From contig CBDBDR010000017.1 in NCBI GenBank assembly GCA_965203965.1, forward strand, positions 1,248,001 through 1,312,000: DNA of 64,000 bases, in the 5' to 3' direction. A program made the position numbers and the translations under genes. This document shows, one piece after another, positions 30,594-41,422 of this stretch. The DNA is from Thermodesulfobacteriota bacterium (GTDB taxonomy: Bacteria; Desulfobacterota_D; UBA1144; Nemesobacterales; JAJCZQ01). The notes beneath the pieces are model-generated. The model had not been told where the DNA came from, ran no database searches, and saw only the letters and a program-made list of their open reading frames with translations. Within the stretch, counting starts at the first letter, position 1, and each line of letters opens with the position of its first letter.

Positions 30594-31229
30594 CGGGGGT
30601 TATATACCCATTTACCCATGTAGGTTTAACTACTTACTATGGGTATGAATGAATTTACCCCACACTTCTACTCATAGTTAGGGTTGCTATTTTTGCTTGT
30701 TGTAGTTCAATAGAGATATTTTTTGTGTAATCAATTATATAGCCCCCGAACTTTCTAAAGCTACAACCGGAGCAGATAGATCTGATCATGGAGCAATACA
30801 AGTTGGAATAATTCTATTTTTATACAAAAATCAGTGAAAATTTTTATACTCTTTTTTTTGCAGATTGCACTCGATTTTTATACTGTTTCAAACAAAAAAA
30901 TATGCCTTATTTAACAGGTAAAAATTATACAAATTAAAACACTAAAAGATGCCGAAAAGCGCGGCTTATAAAAAATGCCATGCCAGAAAGAAGACGCACA
31001 GACCTTATTTTTAGAACTCGTCCCCAAAACAAACCTTACCCAATAGGGCTAACTCTGCCTTTAATGGGCGTTTGAACCTCATTAAACGCCTTGTTCAGAA
31101 CCTCTTTACAATAACTTCTTTCACCTGAACGAATTTAATTATTGTTTCCCTGTCATTACTAAAGTATGTATTCTAAAACAAGGTTGCTTTCTATACCCTC
31201 CCACAGAATACAGGGACGTTTTTAGATCA

Positions 31230-31721
31230 ATGAGTAAAACGCTAACACTTATATTGTTGCTGGTTATTACATTTGTTATTAACATAATACAAGTCAGTTT
31301 ATTTTTTCCTCTGTCAGTAGGCCACTATGCACCGGATATAAATCTCATTTTTATAATTTATCTTGCCATAAGTAAAAATCTACCCTTTAGGATAGTTATA
31401 GTTATACTCAATGGATATTTGATGGATCTAATGTCAGGGAATATGCTGGCGGTACATACTTTTTCAAGATTAAGTCTTTTTGTTATACTTGCAAGTATCG
31501 CAGATTATTTAGACTTTGATAGTATTATCATGAAGTTGTCCGTATTTTTTTGTGGCACAGCCTATTGTTGGTTTTTTCTCTACTCTATTGCTCTCATAAA
31601 GTCGGTTGATGGTTTTAATACTCACCTCTTTGTGATATTGACCCATGCGGCAGTTAACTCTCTTTTAGGTGTTTCAATTTCCCGTCCGTTATACATTATC
31701 AATGCAAAAACACAAAAATAA
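31230..31721 (+). CDS. mreD: Rod shape-determining protein MreD
   Basis: Hydrophobic 163 aa with PDINL and GYLMDLMSG; overlaps the mrdA start. Confidence 0.75.
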   Translation: MSKTLTLILLLVITFVINIIQVSLFFPLSVGHYAPDINLIFIIYLAISKNLPFRIVIVILNGYLMDLMSGNMLAVHTFSRLSLFVILASIADYLDFDSIIMKLSVFFCGTAYCWFFLYSIALIKSVDGFNTHLFVILTHAAVNSLLGVSISRPLYIINAKTQK

Positions 31722-33516
31722 ATTTTTTGTCTTACTTATAGCGGTTGCAACTGTTTTTTGTGCACTGATACTGAAACTTGTGTATTTGCAATTGATAAGG
31801 GGTGAGGATTATGAAGATTTTTCAATCCAGAACCACGTGAGAATAATTAGTAAAGTTGCTCCAAGGGGGAGGATTATAGATAGAAACGGCGTGGTAATAG
31901 TTGAGAACAAACTCTCATTTAATGTGGAAATATTTCCTTATGAGGTTAGAGATATTGATTTTGTATCAGCGTCGCTTGCCTCTTATCTTGGTAAGCAGCA
32001 GGATGAAATAAAAAAACTAATTTCTAGAGCTGAGCAAAATAATTATTTTTCTTTTACGCTTGCAAGAAATATTGATAGAGACATGTTGGTTTCAATTGAA
32101 TCTATGAAGTATCAGTTGTCAGGAGTAATAATAAGCGTTGACTACTTGCGGAAGTATCCAAAAGGTAAACTGGGGGCATCGCTTGTTGGATACATGGGAA
32201 AACCCAACGAAGATGATTTAGCAAGGTATCCAATTAGTGAAATTAATTCTCCATTGGGCAAAACGGGAATAGAGAGAAATATGGAAAATTTCTTGAGAGG
32301 AAGCAAGGGAGTATCTTACCAGATCGTTGATGCAATCGGTCGTGAAGTTGAGTCTGATCTTTTCCAGATTGAGTTGACAGACAAAGAGATCACTCCTGGC
32401 AGTGATATTTTTTTGACCATTGACTCCCGATTGCAAAAGGTCGCTGAGGATGAATTATCAGGTAAAGCAGGTTCAATTGTGGTAGTGAACGTCAATACTG
32501 GGGAAGTATTGGCACTTGTCACAAGTCCTTCATTTAGTCCGGAGAGTTTTGTTGGAGGTATAGATCCTACAGAATGGGATGAACTTACAAACAATGAGCT
32601 CAAACTGATGCTAAATAGGTCAACTCAAGGAACCTATCCACCCGGGTCCTTGTTTAAAATTGTTACGGCAATTGCAGCGCTGAAAGAAGGAATAATTACC
32701 ACGCAAAGCAAATTTTTCTGTCCAGGACACTACAAGATTGGAGAAGAGAAGTTTCACTGCTGGGATCATAGTGGTCATGGTTGGCAGAATATGTATTCTG
32801 CAATGTCAAGATCGTGCGATGTCTTTTTTTACGAAATAGCCAGAAAGCTTGGCGTAAAAAAATTGTATGAGTATGCGAATATATTTGGTTTTGGTAAAAA
32901 GACCGGTATTGAGATAAATGAGAAAAAGGGACTTGTGCCAAATAAACACTGGAAAAAGAAAGTTCATAAGGAGATATGGTATCCTGGTGAAACCATTATT
33001 ATGGCTATAGGACAGGGGTACCTTCAGGTTACGCCTATCCAAGTAGCATTTATGACAGCGGCGATTGCCAATGGCGGTACTATTTTGAAAGCCAGAGTAA
33101 TACGGAAAATTGTTTCAAATGATGATCAAAAGGAGCAAACTTTTCTTCCAGAAATTGTAGGAAAGCTTCCTTTTGAAGACTGGCATATTCAAGAAATAAA
33201 AAACTCGCTCGTTGGTGTTATAGAAGAAAGCTACGGTACCGGTAGACTGGCAAAAATTGAAAAAGGAACCGTAGCTGGAAAAACAGCAACTTCTCAGGTC
33301 GTTTCCCGTAAAAAACAAAGTAGTAAGACAATTCACAAGGACCATGCTTGGTTTACTTCGTATTATCCTGCCGAGTCTCCTGAAATTGCCGTAACGGTTC
33401 TTGTGGAGCATGGAGTTAGTGGAGGGGGAGTTGCTGCACCAATTGCAAAAAGGGTTATTGATGAATATGCAAATTTGGAGGCACATGAAAACGAGGACAA
33501 CTCTATAAAGAACTGA
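31702..33516 (+). CDS. mrdA: Penicillin-binding protein 2
   Basis: APRGRIIDRNG, PGSLFK (SxxK), SCD, KTAT, DHAWF. Confidence 0.95.
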   Translation: MQKHKNKFFVLLIAVATVFCALILKLVYLQLIRGEDYEDFSIQNHVRIISKVAPRGRIIDRNGVVIVENKLSFNVEIFPYEVRDIDFVSASLASYLGKQQDEIKKLISRAEQNNYFSFTLARNIDRDMLVSIESMKYQLSGVIISVDYLRKYPKGKLGASLVGYMGKPNEDDLARYPISEINSPLGKTGIERNMENFLRGSKGVSYQIVDAIGREVESDLFQIELTDKEITPGSDIFLTIDSRLQKVAEDELSGKAGSIVVVNVNTGEVLALVTSPSFSPESFVGGIDPTEWDELTNNELKLMLNRSTQGTYPPGSLFKIVTAIAALKEGIITTQSKFFCPGHYKIGEEKFHCWDHSGHGWQNMYSAMSRSCDVFFYEIARKLGVKKLYEYANIFGFGKKTGIEINEKKGLVPNKHWKKKVHKEIWYPGETIIMAIGQGYLQVTPIQVAFMTAAIANGGTILKARVIRKIVSNDDQKEQTFLPEIVGKLPFEDWHIQEIKNSLVGVIEESYGTGRLAKIEKGTVAGKTATSQVVSRKKQSSKTIHKDHAWFTSYYPAESPEIAVTVLVEHGVSGGGVAAPIAKRVIDEYANLEAHENEDNSIKN

Positions 33517-33520
33517 TGAG

Positions 33521-34618
33521 ATGAAAAACTTTGGTTGGCTAATAGTAGTTTTAGCTCTGATTTTAACATTTTGTGGGACAATAAATCTTTACAGTGCTTC
33601 ATTGCATACTGAACTTGATGTTTTTAAGAGACAGTTGATTTGGTTTGCTATTGGTATAGTTTCAATGATATTAGTGGCATCTATTAAAACTAATTCTCTG
33701 AGAATTTACGCCACACATATATATTTTATTGCAATTTTCTTGTTAATTGCGGTGGTTATACTTGGCAAAGAAGTCTCCGGAGCCAGAAGCTGGATAGCTT
33801 TGGGTTCAATATCAATTCAGCCCTCTGAATTTGTCAAAATCGCTCTTATTCTGATAATTGCGCGATTTTATCATAGTGATTATCACGATCCCCCTTATAG
33901 GTTAAGAGAACTGATGAAACCCATATTGTTCATTCTTCCAGTTTTTATACTGGTGTTAAAACAGCCTGATCTTGGCACCTTACTATTAATTTTATTGATA
34001 GCTGGAACATTATTGCTATTTATGGGAATTAAAAAGAGGTCATTGCTGATAATGTCAGTAGTGTTGATTGTCTTGTCAGTTTTTATGTGGGAGGGTTTTC
34101 TTAAAGATTACCAGAAAGAAAGAATTTTGACTTTTATTGACCCAATGCAAGATCCGTATGGAGCAAGTTATAATTCAATTCAGTCTCAGATTGCAGTTGG
34201 CTCTGGCAAATTATTTGGAAAAGGTTTTGGCTTGGGTACTCAGTCTCAGCTTAGATTTATACCTGAGCAGAAAACGGATTTTGCCTTTTCTGTGTTAGCG
34301 GAAGAATGGGGTTTTGTAGGTGTATTTTTTATATTGATAATCTACTTATTGCTGATTTTAGCAATACTGGATGTAGCAGGTTCGGCAAAGGATAAATTCT
34401 CAACTCTGGTATCGTTGGGGATAGCCGCGCTCTTTTTCTGGCATGCCTTTATTAATATTGGTATGGTTGTTGGGTTATTGCCCGTTATAGGTGTTCCGTT
34501 GCTATTTTTCAGCTACGGAGGGTCGTCGGTTCTTACTGCATTTATAGCGATTGGGATTGTTATAGGAATCAGGATGAGACAGATTCTCTTCCATAAGGAA
34601 GAAAATGTCAGAATTTAA
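33521..34618 (+). CDS. rodA: SEDS protein RodA
   Basis: QPSEFVK, QPDLGT, PEQKTDF, SYGGSS. Confidence 0.95.
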   Translation: MKNFGWLIVVLALILTFCGTINLYSASLHTELDVFKRQLIWFAIGIVSMILVASIKTNSLRIYATHIYFIAIFLLIAVVILGKEVSGARSWIALGSISIQPSEFVKIALILIIARFYHSDYHDPPYRLRELMKPILFILPVFILVLKQPDLGTLLLILLIAGTLLLFMGIKKRSLLIMSVVLIVLSVFMWEGFLKDYQKERILTFIDPMQDPYGASYNSIQSQIAVGSGKLFGKGFGLGTQSQLRFIPEQKTDFAFSVLAEEWGFVGVFFILIIYLLLILAILDVAGSAKDKFSTLVSLGIAALFFWHAFINIGMVVGLLPVIGVPLLFFSYGGSSVLTAFIAIGIVIGIRMRQILFHKEENVRI

Positions 34619-34837
34619 CTATTGGGAAGGGGATTTTGAGGTGAATCGAAAGGGATTGGTTGGTATTCAATTTGCGTGTGTCATTTGCTTGACAGAATAC
34701 TCATAATGGATAGAATACGAGGCTGTTTTATTCAGAATTTAATAATTGAGAATAATACTGTTACCTTGTTTCCAACAGATAAAAATACAAATTAATTTAC
34801 TGTTTGTAATTTCTTGTTGTACATTAAGCAAAGGCAG

Positions 34838-35662
34838 ATGTTTAATTTTTGTTTTTCAAAGATATTAAATGTTTTTCTGTTGGGTTGTTTCTGTGTCGTG
34901 CTTTTTTCATCAGACATCTACGCAATTTCCAATGTTAATGACGTTTCGCATGTAGGTATTTATGAAAAGCTGAACGAAACTATAAATTTAGGCTTGAGCT
35001 TCAAAGATCAGAATGGGGAAACGGTCACTTTGGAGAATTATTTTGATGGTAAGCCGGTAGTGATAAATCTGATGTATCTCAGTTGTCCCAGAGTTTGTAC
35101 TTTCGCTCTTGATGGAGTGCTTGAGGTTGTAAAGGAAACTAATGATTTAAAAACAGGGAAGGATTATAAATTATTATCAATCAGCTTTAACCCTGAAGAT
35201 GATCATGTACTTGCAAAGGAAAAATCGGCAAAATATTTAAAAAGCCTTACCAGAGGGAGTAAAATCTCAGATGCCAGTTGGGTGTTTTTAACCGGTAATG
35301 AAGGTAGCATACTTGAGCTAACAAGATCGCTGGGATACAAATTCATGGAAGATGGGGATGAATTTGCCCACCCTTCCGCTTTAATTGTCCTGACTCCCGA
35401 AGGTAAAATATCAAGATACTTGTATGGCATCCAGCATGATCCAAGGGACTACAAATTGGCACTGATTGAAGCTTCCGATGGTAAGATTGGTGGAAATTCT
35501 TTAAGTAACAAAGTGCTTCTTTTCTGCTACCAGTTTGATCCGATCGGAAAAAGGTATGCACTTAAAGCGATCAATATTGTAAAAATTGGTGGAATGGTTA
35601 CCTTATTTACTTTGTCAAGTTTTCTTGCTTTCTTCTGGATAAAAGAAAAAAAGTCAAAATAA
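34838..35662 (+). CDS. SCO-family protein of the oxidase operon
   Basis: YLSCPRVC, FAHPS, ISRYLYG, LLFCYQFDP. Confidence 0.88.
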   Translation: MFNFCFSKILNVFLLGCFCVVLFSSDIYAISNVNDVSHVGIYEKLNETINLGLSFKDQNGETVTLENYFDGKPVVINLMYLSCPRVCTFALDGVLEVVKETNDLKTGKDYKLLSISFNPEDDHVLAKEKSAKYLKSLTRGSKISDASWVFLTGNEGSILELTRSLGYKFMEDGDEFAHPSALIVLTPEGKISRYLYGIQHDPRDYKLALIEASDGKIGGNSLSNKVLLFCYQFDPIGKRYALKAINIVKIGGMVTLFTLSSFLAFFWIKEKKSK

Positions 35663-35695
35663 TTGTATTGAAATTTAGATTTTAATTGATTAGCA

Positions 35696-36643
35696 ATGTT
35701 AAGTTGGTTACCTGAAAATGCATCTAATTTAGCGGGCGGGGTAGATAATGTACTCCTTTTTATAACCGTTATCTCTGTTTTCTTCTTCCTGCTGATCTCG
35801 GCTTTTTTAGTGGTATTTGCAGTCAAATACAGAAGAAAGACAGAGAAGGATGAGACGCCTTACATTACCGGAAATGAGTTAATTGAAATTATATGGACTG
35901 TGATACCTTCAATACTGCTGATGATCATTTTTGCATGGGGTTATCTGGAATTCAGAGAAATGAGAAATCCACCTGATGATGCACTAGAGGTGAACGTAAC
36001 CGCGATGCAGTGGCTATGGCAGTTTGACTATTACGACGGAAAGAAAACAATCAATGAGCTTTACGTTCAGCAGGGGCGTCCCGTGAAAATGATCATGAAG
36101 TCGCAGGACGTTATTCACAGTTTTTTCGTTCCCGATTTCAGAGTAAAACAGGACGTTCTACCCGGCTACTATTCACAGCTATGGTTTACACCCACAAAGA
36201 TTGGAACATTTGATCTGTTCTGTGCTGAATACTGTGGAACAAGTCATTCCAAGATGGTTGCCAAGGTAAACGTGCTAAGTCCTGAGGCTTTTGCTATCTG
36301 GGAAAAGGGGATAGGTATAGATAAGGGGCTTGCGTCTGTATCTACTAATGTCCCACCTGCCGAAAGAGGTGCCAAGCTCTATAATCTTAGAGGTTGCGGT
36401 GCCTGTCACAGTATTGACGGAGCCGACGGGGTGGGTCCAAGTTTTAAAGCTCTTTTTGGCAAAACCGAAAAATTGCAGGGAGGCAAAACGGTCATTGCAG
36501 ATGAAAACTATCTCAAGGAATCTATTTTAATTCCCACGGCAGAAATGGTAGAAGGGTATCAGCCTGTCATGCCTTCTTTTCAGGGGATATTAAGCGATGA
36601 AGAAGTTACAAGCATCATTGAATACATTAAAACTCTCAACTAA
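35696..36643 (+). CDS. coxB: Cytochrome c oxidase subunit II with fused cytochrome c (caa3 type)
   Basis: DVIHSF, CuA motif [12 protein letters not shown], heme c CGACH. Confidence 0.96.
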   Translation: MLSWLPENASNLAGGVDNVLLFITVISVFFFLLISAFLVVFAVKYRRKTEKDETPYITGNELIEIIWTVIPSILLMIIFAWGYLEFREMRNPPDDALEVNVTAMQWLWQFDYYDGKKTINELYVQQGRPVKMIMKSQDVIHSFFVPDFRVKQDVLPGYYSQLWFTPTKIGTFDLFCAEYCGTSHSKMVAKVNVLSPEAFAIWEKGIGIDKGLASVSTNVPPAERGAKLYNLRGCGACHSIDGADGVGPSFKALFGKTEKLQGGKTVIADENYLKESILIPTAEMVEGYQPVMPSFQGILSDEEVTSIIEYIKTLN

Positions 36644-36660
36644 TTTTCAAGGAGGATATT

Positions 36661-38277
36661 ATGGCAAACGGTATGGCTACTGATGCAATGAGCGTACCTT
36701 CGTTTTATGAGCCAAGGGGACTTAAATCATGGCTCCTAACAACAGACCACAAGCGCATAGGGATCCTCTACCTAGTAACAATTTCTTTCTTCTTTCTTGT
36801 CGGGGGTATTTTTGCACTTTTAATGAGATATGAGTTGCTGACCCCAGAGTCAGATTTTGTGAGTCAGCATACCTACAATGTTTTTTTCACAATGCACGGC
36901 TCATTAATGGTGTTCTTTTTCATCGTTCCCGGAATTGCGGCAAGTCTCGGTAATTTTCTCATACCGCTTATGATAGGTGCCAGAGATGTTTCATTTCCCA
37001 AGTTGAACCTCGGAAGTTACTGGGTATATCTTGTAGGCACTGTTATTTTGCTTATAGCTTTATTGCAGCCCGCAGACACGGGGTGGACGTTTTACACTCC
37101 ATACAGTGTCAAAAGCCAGACCGATGTGGTGCTGATAACTTTAGGTGTTTTTGTTCTGGGTTTTTCATCTATCCTCACCGGTTTGAACTTTATAGTTACA
37201 ATACACAAACTGAGAGCGCCGGGAATGACTTGGGGAAGGCTTCCACTATTTATATGGGCTTCTTACGCCACTGCAATTTTGCAGCTTTTGGCAACTCCAG
37301 TGGTGGGAATTACCTTGCTGCTTCTTATAGCTGAAAGGGTGCTGGACATCGGCTTTTTTGATCCAGCAAAAGGTGGAGACCCCATACTTTTCCAGAATTT
37401 TTTCTGGTTTTACTCACACCCTGCGGTTTACATTATGGTAATACCTGCATTTGGGATTATATCTGAGATAATCCCAGTATTTGCCAGAAAGCCGATATTT
37501 GGATACAAGGCAATTGCCTACTCCAGTTTTGCGATTGCAATAATAAGTTTCTTTGTATGGCTTCATCACATGTTTGTTAGTGGTATCTCTGAAACTGCAG
37601 CTGCCATTTTCTCATTTTTGACTATGCTTGTGGCTATTCCAACCGCTATAAAGGTTTTCAACTGGGTGGCGACTTTATACAAAGGTTCAATTTCTCTGGA
37701 ATCCCCAATGCTTTATGCCCTTTCTTTTATATTTTTGTTTACCGTTGGGGGTTTAACGGGCGTTTACCTGGGGGCACTTGCCGTGGACGTTCACTTGCAT
37801 GATACATACTTTGTGGTTGCTCATATGCACTACGTGATGATAGGCGGCACGGTGTTTGGCTTTTTTGGTGCTATCCACTTCTGGTATCAGAAATGGTTTG
37901 GGAAAGTTTACAATGAAATGGTATCTAAAGTCGCATGGTTTTTAATCTTTTTGGGATTTAACGTTACATTTTTCCCACAGTTCTTGATGGGTGTTCAAGG
38001 AATGCCGAGAAGATATGCAACTTACGATACTGGTAATCTTGCCCAGTTTCAAGACTATCATCAAATCTCAACCTATGGTTCTTGGATACTGGGAGTTGGT
38101 GTGCTTATTATGACCGTTAATCTTATTTCCCACTTGTTTAGTAAAGAAAAAGCTCCGGATAACTACTACGGTTCTTTATCTCTGGAGTGGCAGGTACCTT
38201 CGCCTCCTCCTCATGAGAATTTTAAGGAGATACCAGTTGTAACTGATTGGACTTACGGATATGGAAAGAGAGTATAA
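36661..38277 (+). CDS. coxA: Cytochrome c oxidase subunit I (A2 type)
   Basis: [33 protein letters not shown]. Confidence 0.97.
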   Translation: MANGMATDAMSVPSFYEPRGLKSWLLTTDHKRIGILYLVTISFFFLVGGIFALLMRYELLTPESDFVSQHTYNVFFTMHGSLMVFFFIVPGIAASLGNFLIPLMIGARDVSFPKLNLGSYWVYLVGTVILLIALLQPADTGWTFYTPYSVKSQTDVVLITLGVFVLGFSSILTGLNFIVTIHKLRAPGMTWGRLPLFIWASYATAILQLLATPVVGITLLLLIAERVLDIGFFDPAKGGDPILFQNFFWFYSHPAVYIMVIPAFGIISEIIPVFARKPIFGYKAIAYSSFAIAIISFFVWLHHMFVSGISETAAAIFSFLTMLVAIPTAIKVFNWVATLYKGSISLESPMLYALSFIFLFTVGGLTGVYLGALAVDVHLHDTYFVVAHMHYVMIGGTVFGFFGAIHFWYQKWFGKVYNEMVSKVAWFLIFLGFNVTFFPQFLMGVQGMPRRYATYDTGNLAQFQDYHQISTYGSWILGVGVLIMTVNLISHLFSKEKAPDNYYGSLSLEWQVPSPPPHENFKEIPVVTDWTYGYGKRV

Positions 38278-38296
38278 GTAGGAGACTTAAAATAAA

Positions 38297-38875
38297 ATGG
38301 AACATGAATTAGATCCAGTAGTTGAATATAATTCATCAAAGTTGGGAATGTGGTTGTTTCTGGGAACAGAGATACTTCTTTTCGGTGGTTTATTTGCTGC
38401 TTATACTATTTTCAGGGCTAAATTTCCTGATATGTTCATTGAGCAACATAAAGAATTGAACATTACACTGGGAGCTATAAACACCGTTGTTCTTATCTTT
38501 AGCAGTATGACAATGGCAATTGCCGTCTGGGCTGCAAAAAGAGGAGATAGAAAGAAAGTTGTTATTTTTATTGTTATTACCATTATTTGCGGACTTGTTT
38601 TTGGTATAAACAAATATTTTGAGTATGGCGCCAAATTCAGCCATCATATATATCCAAGCACAAGCGTATTTTTTGCACTTTACTTTTTAATGACCGGTCT
38701 GCACATGATCCATGTATTTGTGGGGCTTGTTATTCTTGCCGTTATAGCAGTTTTGGCGTATAAGGGAAAGTTTACAAAGGAATATTATACACCGGTTGAA
38801 GTTGGTGGCTTATACTGGCATTTGGTTGACCTAATCTGGATATACCTGTTTCCATTGCTTTATCTGATAGGTTGA
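38297..38875 (+). CDS. coxC: Cytochrome c oxidase subunit III
   Basis: GMWLFLGTE, TGLHMIHV, YWHLVDLIW. Confidence 0.95.
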   Translation: MEHELDPVVEYNSSKLGMWLFLGTEILLFGGLFAAYTIFRAKFPDMFIEQHKELNITLGAINTVVLIFSSMTMAIAVWAAKRGDRKKVVIFIVITIICGLVFGINKYFEYGAKFSHHIYPSTSVFFALYFLMTGLHMIHVFVGLVILAVIAVLAYKGKFTKEYYTPVEVGGLYWHLVDLIWIYLFPLLYLIG

Positions 38876-38887
38876 TCGGGAGACATA

Positions 38888-39205
38888 ATGAGCACTCACA
38901 CGCACAAAGATAATAATCATCACGAAATAGGCCCTAAAACTTTAATTGTAGTCTGGCTGGCGCTTACAATTTTAACATTGGTAACCGTTTATTCTGCAAG
39001 CATAGATTTTGGTAGAGTTATCAATATCATAATTGCAATGGTAATCGCCTCGGCTAAGGCTTCAATAGTTGCCTATTATTTCATGCATTTGAAATTTGAA
39101 GACAAATTGACCTGGGTTTACGCACTTTATCCCATTTTTCTTCTTTTTTTACTGATAGCCACAACAATCATGGATGTCTTTACAAGAGTGCCAGCTTTTT
39201 ATTAA
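38888..39205 (+). CDS. coxD: Cytochrome c oxidase subunit IV
   Basis: 3 TM helices; KASIVAYYFMHLK. Confidence 0.9.
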   Translation: MSTHTHKDNNHHEIGPKTLIVVWLALTILTLVTVYSASIDFGRVINIIIAMVIASAKASIVAYYFMHLKFEDKLTWVYALYPIFLLFLLIATTIMDVFTRVPAFY

Positions 39206-39206
39206 T

Positions 39207-40073
39207 ATGCTTGCTAGAGCAACGGTTTTTGCACTTTTCATATTACTTGTCTGGGGAAATATAGTGGCGGGTCTCAAAGTGGGTCTTGCGTGTCCCGATT
39301 GGCCCCTGTGCCATGGAGAATACATACCTCCGCTCAGATGGGATATATACGTGGAGTTTATCCATAGGGTAATTGGTGGACTGACTTCCGTTCTGATTAT
39401 AGTTCTCGCATATAAACGGTTGAGAAAATACGTGTCTTATTTCAAGTTGGTTCCAACGATTTGTGTTTTGCTGTTATTGGTTCAGATAGTTCTAGGTGGT
39501 ATGGTAGTTCTCTTTAAGTTACCCGTGGATCTCACGACACTGCACTTTGCCAACGCCATAGTTATTTTTTCACTAACACTATATATGGCTTTTTTTGACG
39601 GTGAAATAAAACCTCCGAGATTCAGTGTTTCCAGACACAGTGGAATATTTTTTACACTTTCTGTTATTATAATCATTCAGGCAGTGCTTGGTGCTTACGT
39701 CCGTCATTCTTCTTCCGGGTTGGCTTGTCCTGATTTTCCAAAATGCCTTGGATTTTGGATACCTCCATCATTAACAGGTTCTGTATTGATACATTTTTCC
39801 CACAGGATTTTAGCTTATGCCATTTTTGCCATTTTTCTGGTGCTTTTTGTAAAGTCTTTTTACAACAAAGAGTATGAATTGGCAACTCCATACTTAAAGG
39901 CTGCTAATTTATTTATTTTTGTTCAAATTGCACTTGGTGCACTGGTGGTGTTGAGCGAGTTGACTTTTTATGTAACTGCCTTTCATCTTTCGGTTGGCTT
40001 GGTGATACTTTCATTAGCTTTGTTTATCTGGTTTAAATATCTGGAGAAACCGTCTCTAAATAATACATTCTAG
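39207..40073 (+). CDS. ctaA: Heme A synthase
   Basis: GLACPDWPLC...EFIHR and a duplicated GLACPDFPKC...HFSHR. Confidence 0.92.
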   Translation: MLARATVFALFILLVWGNIVAGLKVGLACPDWPLCHGEYIPPLRWDIYVEFIHRVIGGLTSVLIIVLAYKRLRKYVSYFKLVPTICVLLLLVQIVLGGMVVLFKLPVDLTTLHFANAIVIFSLTLYMAFFDGEIKPPRFSVSRHSGIFFTLSVIIIIQAVLGAYVRHSSSGLACPDFPKCLGFWIPPSLTGSVLIHFSHRILAYAIFAIFLVLFVKSFYNKEYELATPYLKAANLFIFVQIALGALVVLSELTFYVTAFHLSVGLVILSLALFIWFKYLEKPSLNNTF

Positions 40074-40085
40074 CGGGAAAATAGA

Positions 40086-41003
40086 TTGGTGGAGAAAAAC
40101 AGAACTGGTGTAGGTAAGATAGTCGTTTCAACTCTACTGCTTTCCAAGCCGGGGATAATAGTGAGTGTGGCATTCACCGGATATGCGGGAATGGTAGTTG
40201 CCACAAGGGGTATCCCATCGATTTACTTTACGCTGTTTGGAATTTTGTCCTTGCTGTTAAGTTCCGCAGGTTCAGCGATCCTGAATAACGTGCTTGACAG
40301 AAAGATAGACAAGAAGATGGAAAGACTGACGGATCGCGTTGAGGCACTGGAGACGCTGGGAAGTACAAATGTCCTGATACTTTCTATTACGATGATATTA
40401 GTTTCATTGGTGATTTCATTTTATTTTTTGAATTACATCAATGCTTTTCTAATTCTTTTAGCCGTGATTAGCTACACTGTTTTATACACACTTTTCTTAA
40501 AACGAAGTTCTCCATTTGGGACAATATTAGGTGGAATTCCTGGGGCACTACCGGTGTTGATTGGCTACACTGCAATTAGTCCTGAGATTGAAATCAACGG
40601 GTTTATCCTCTTCGCCTTTATGATGCTTTGGCAGCCGCCTCATTTCTGGGCACTTGCACAAAAATACAAAGATCAGTATGAGCAAGCAGGTATTCCAGTA
40701 ATGCCCGTGGCTTTTGGTCCCAGATATACAAACATACTGATACTTCTATACTCATTAACACTGATCCCTTTAACACTCGCCCTGTGGTTAAATGGACTGA
40801 GTTCTTCATATTTTGCCATATTTGCCTTAATAGTGGGGATTTATTTTGAATACAGAATTGTAAAAAGTGTTTACGATAATAGAAGCTATGGAGAGGCATT
40901 TTCTGCATCTATAATTTATATGCTCGCAATAATGCTCGCTCTTATCATTGATATTGCAATGCACCCACAGCTACCTGTGGAAAAAGTGATATTAGGTACC
41001 TGA
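40086..41003 (+). CDS. ctaB: Protoheme IX farnesyltransferase
   Basis: DRKIDKKMER, WQPPHFWAL, AGIPVMPV. Confidence 0.93.
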   Translation: MVEKNRTGVGKIVVSTLLLSKPGIIVSVAFTGYAGMVVATRGIPSIYFTLFGILSLLLSSAGSAILNNVLDRKIDKKMERLTDRVEALETLGSTNVLILSITMILVSLVISFYFLNYINAFLILLAVISYTVLYTLFLKRSSPFGTILGGIPGALPVLIGYTAISPEIEINGFILFAFMMLWQPPHFWALAQKYKDQYEQAGIPVMPVAFGPRYTNILILLYSLTLIPLTLALWLNGLSSSYFAIFALIVGIYFEYRIVKSVYDNRSYGEAFSASIIYMLAIMLALIIDIAMHPQLPVEKVILGT

Positions 41004-41010
41004 TGTTCTA

Positions 41011-41397
41011 CTAAAGGAAGTTATAGATCAAATTAAAAACATACTTCAAATTAGGAGATGATTTTTGTAGTTCAAGTTTGGGAGAAAGAGTGCCTATGTT
41101 GGGGAAGAGGAGTTCGTTGTATATTTCAGCGACGTTTTTAAACTCTTCAAACTCAATAAACACAGGATCATGAATTTTTAGGGGTCTCACGTTTTTTTCC
41201 GCACTTGATATAGTGATGCCCTTGTCCTGCAATTTAGCTGAAAACCATCTTTCACAATCTGGGTCGGGAAGTTCTACTCCGTCTCTGACCTTCTCCAGAA
41301 GAATTTTCCATTCGTCTTTTTTTGATTCACTGAAGTTTAACTTTCTGTCGGTTAATATCGGCATTCTGCGCTCCTCTATACCTGAAGTGAAAGTCAA
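41011..41397 (-). CDS. Hypothetical protein
   Basis: 128-aa ORF downstream of uvrA on the same strand; protein-like composition. Confidence 0.6.
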   Translation of the reverse strand: MTFTSGIEERRMPILTDRKLNFSESKKDEWKILLEKVRDGVELPDPDCERWFSAKLQDKGITISSAEKNVRPLKIHDPVFIEFEEFKNVAEIYNELLFPNIGTLSPKLELQKSSPNLKYVFNLIYNFL

Positions 41398-41422
41398 TTA
41401 TACCCGATGAAAATTATTATTC

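Noticed and set aside
30810..30940. oriC or dif site in the mre spacer
   Set aside because: Only mismatched TTATAC-type boxes and no TTATCCACA; ATTTAACAGG matches only part of a XerD arm and has no XerC arm.
30975..31060. c-di-GMP-I riboswitch (GAAAG...GACGCACAG)
   Set aside because: No stem closes the GAAA loop and the second hairpin motif is missing.
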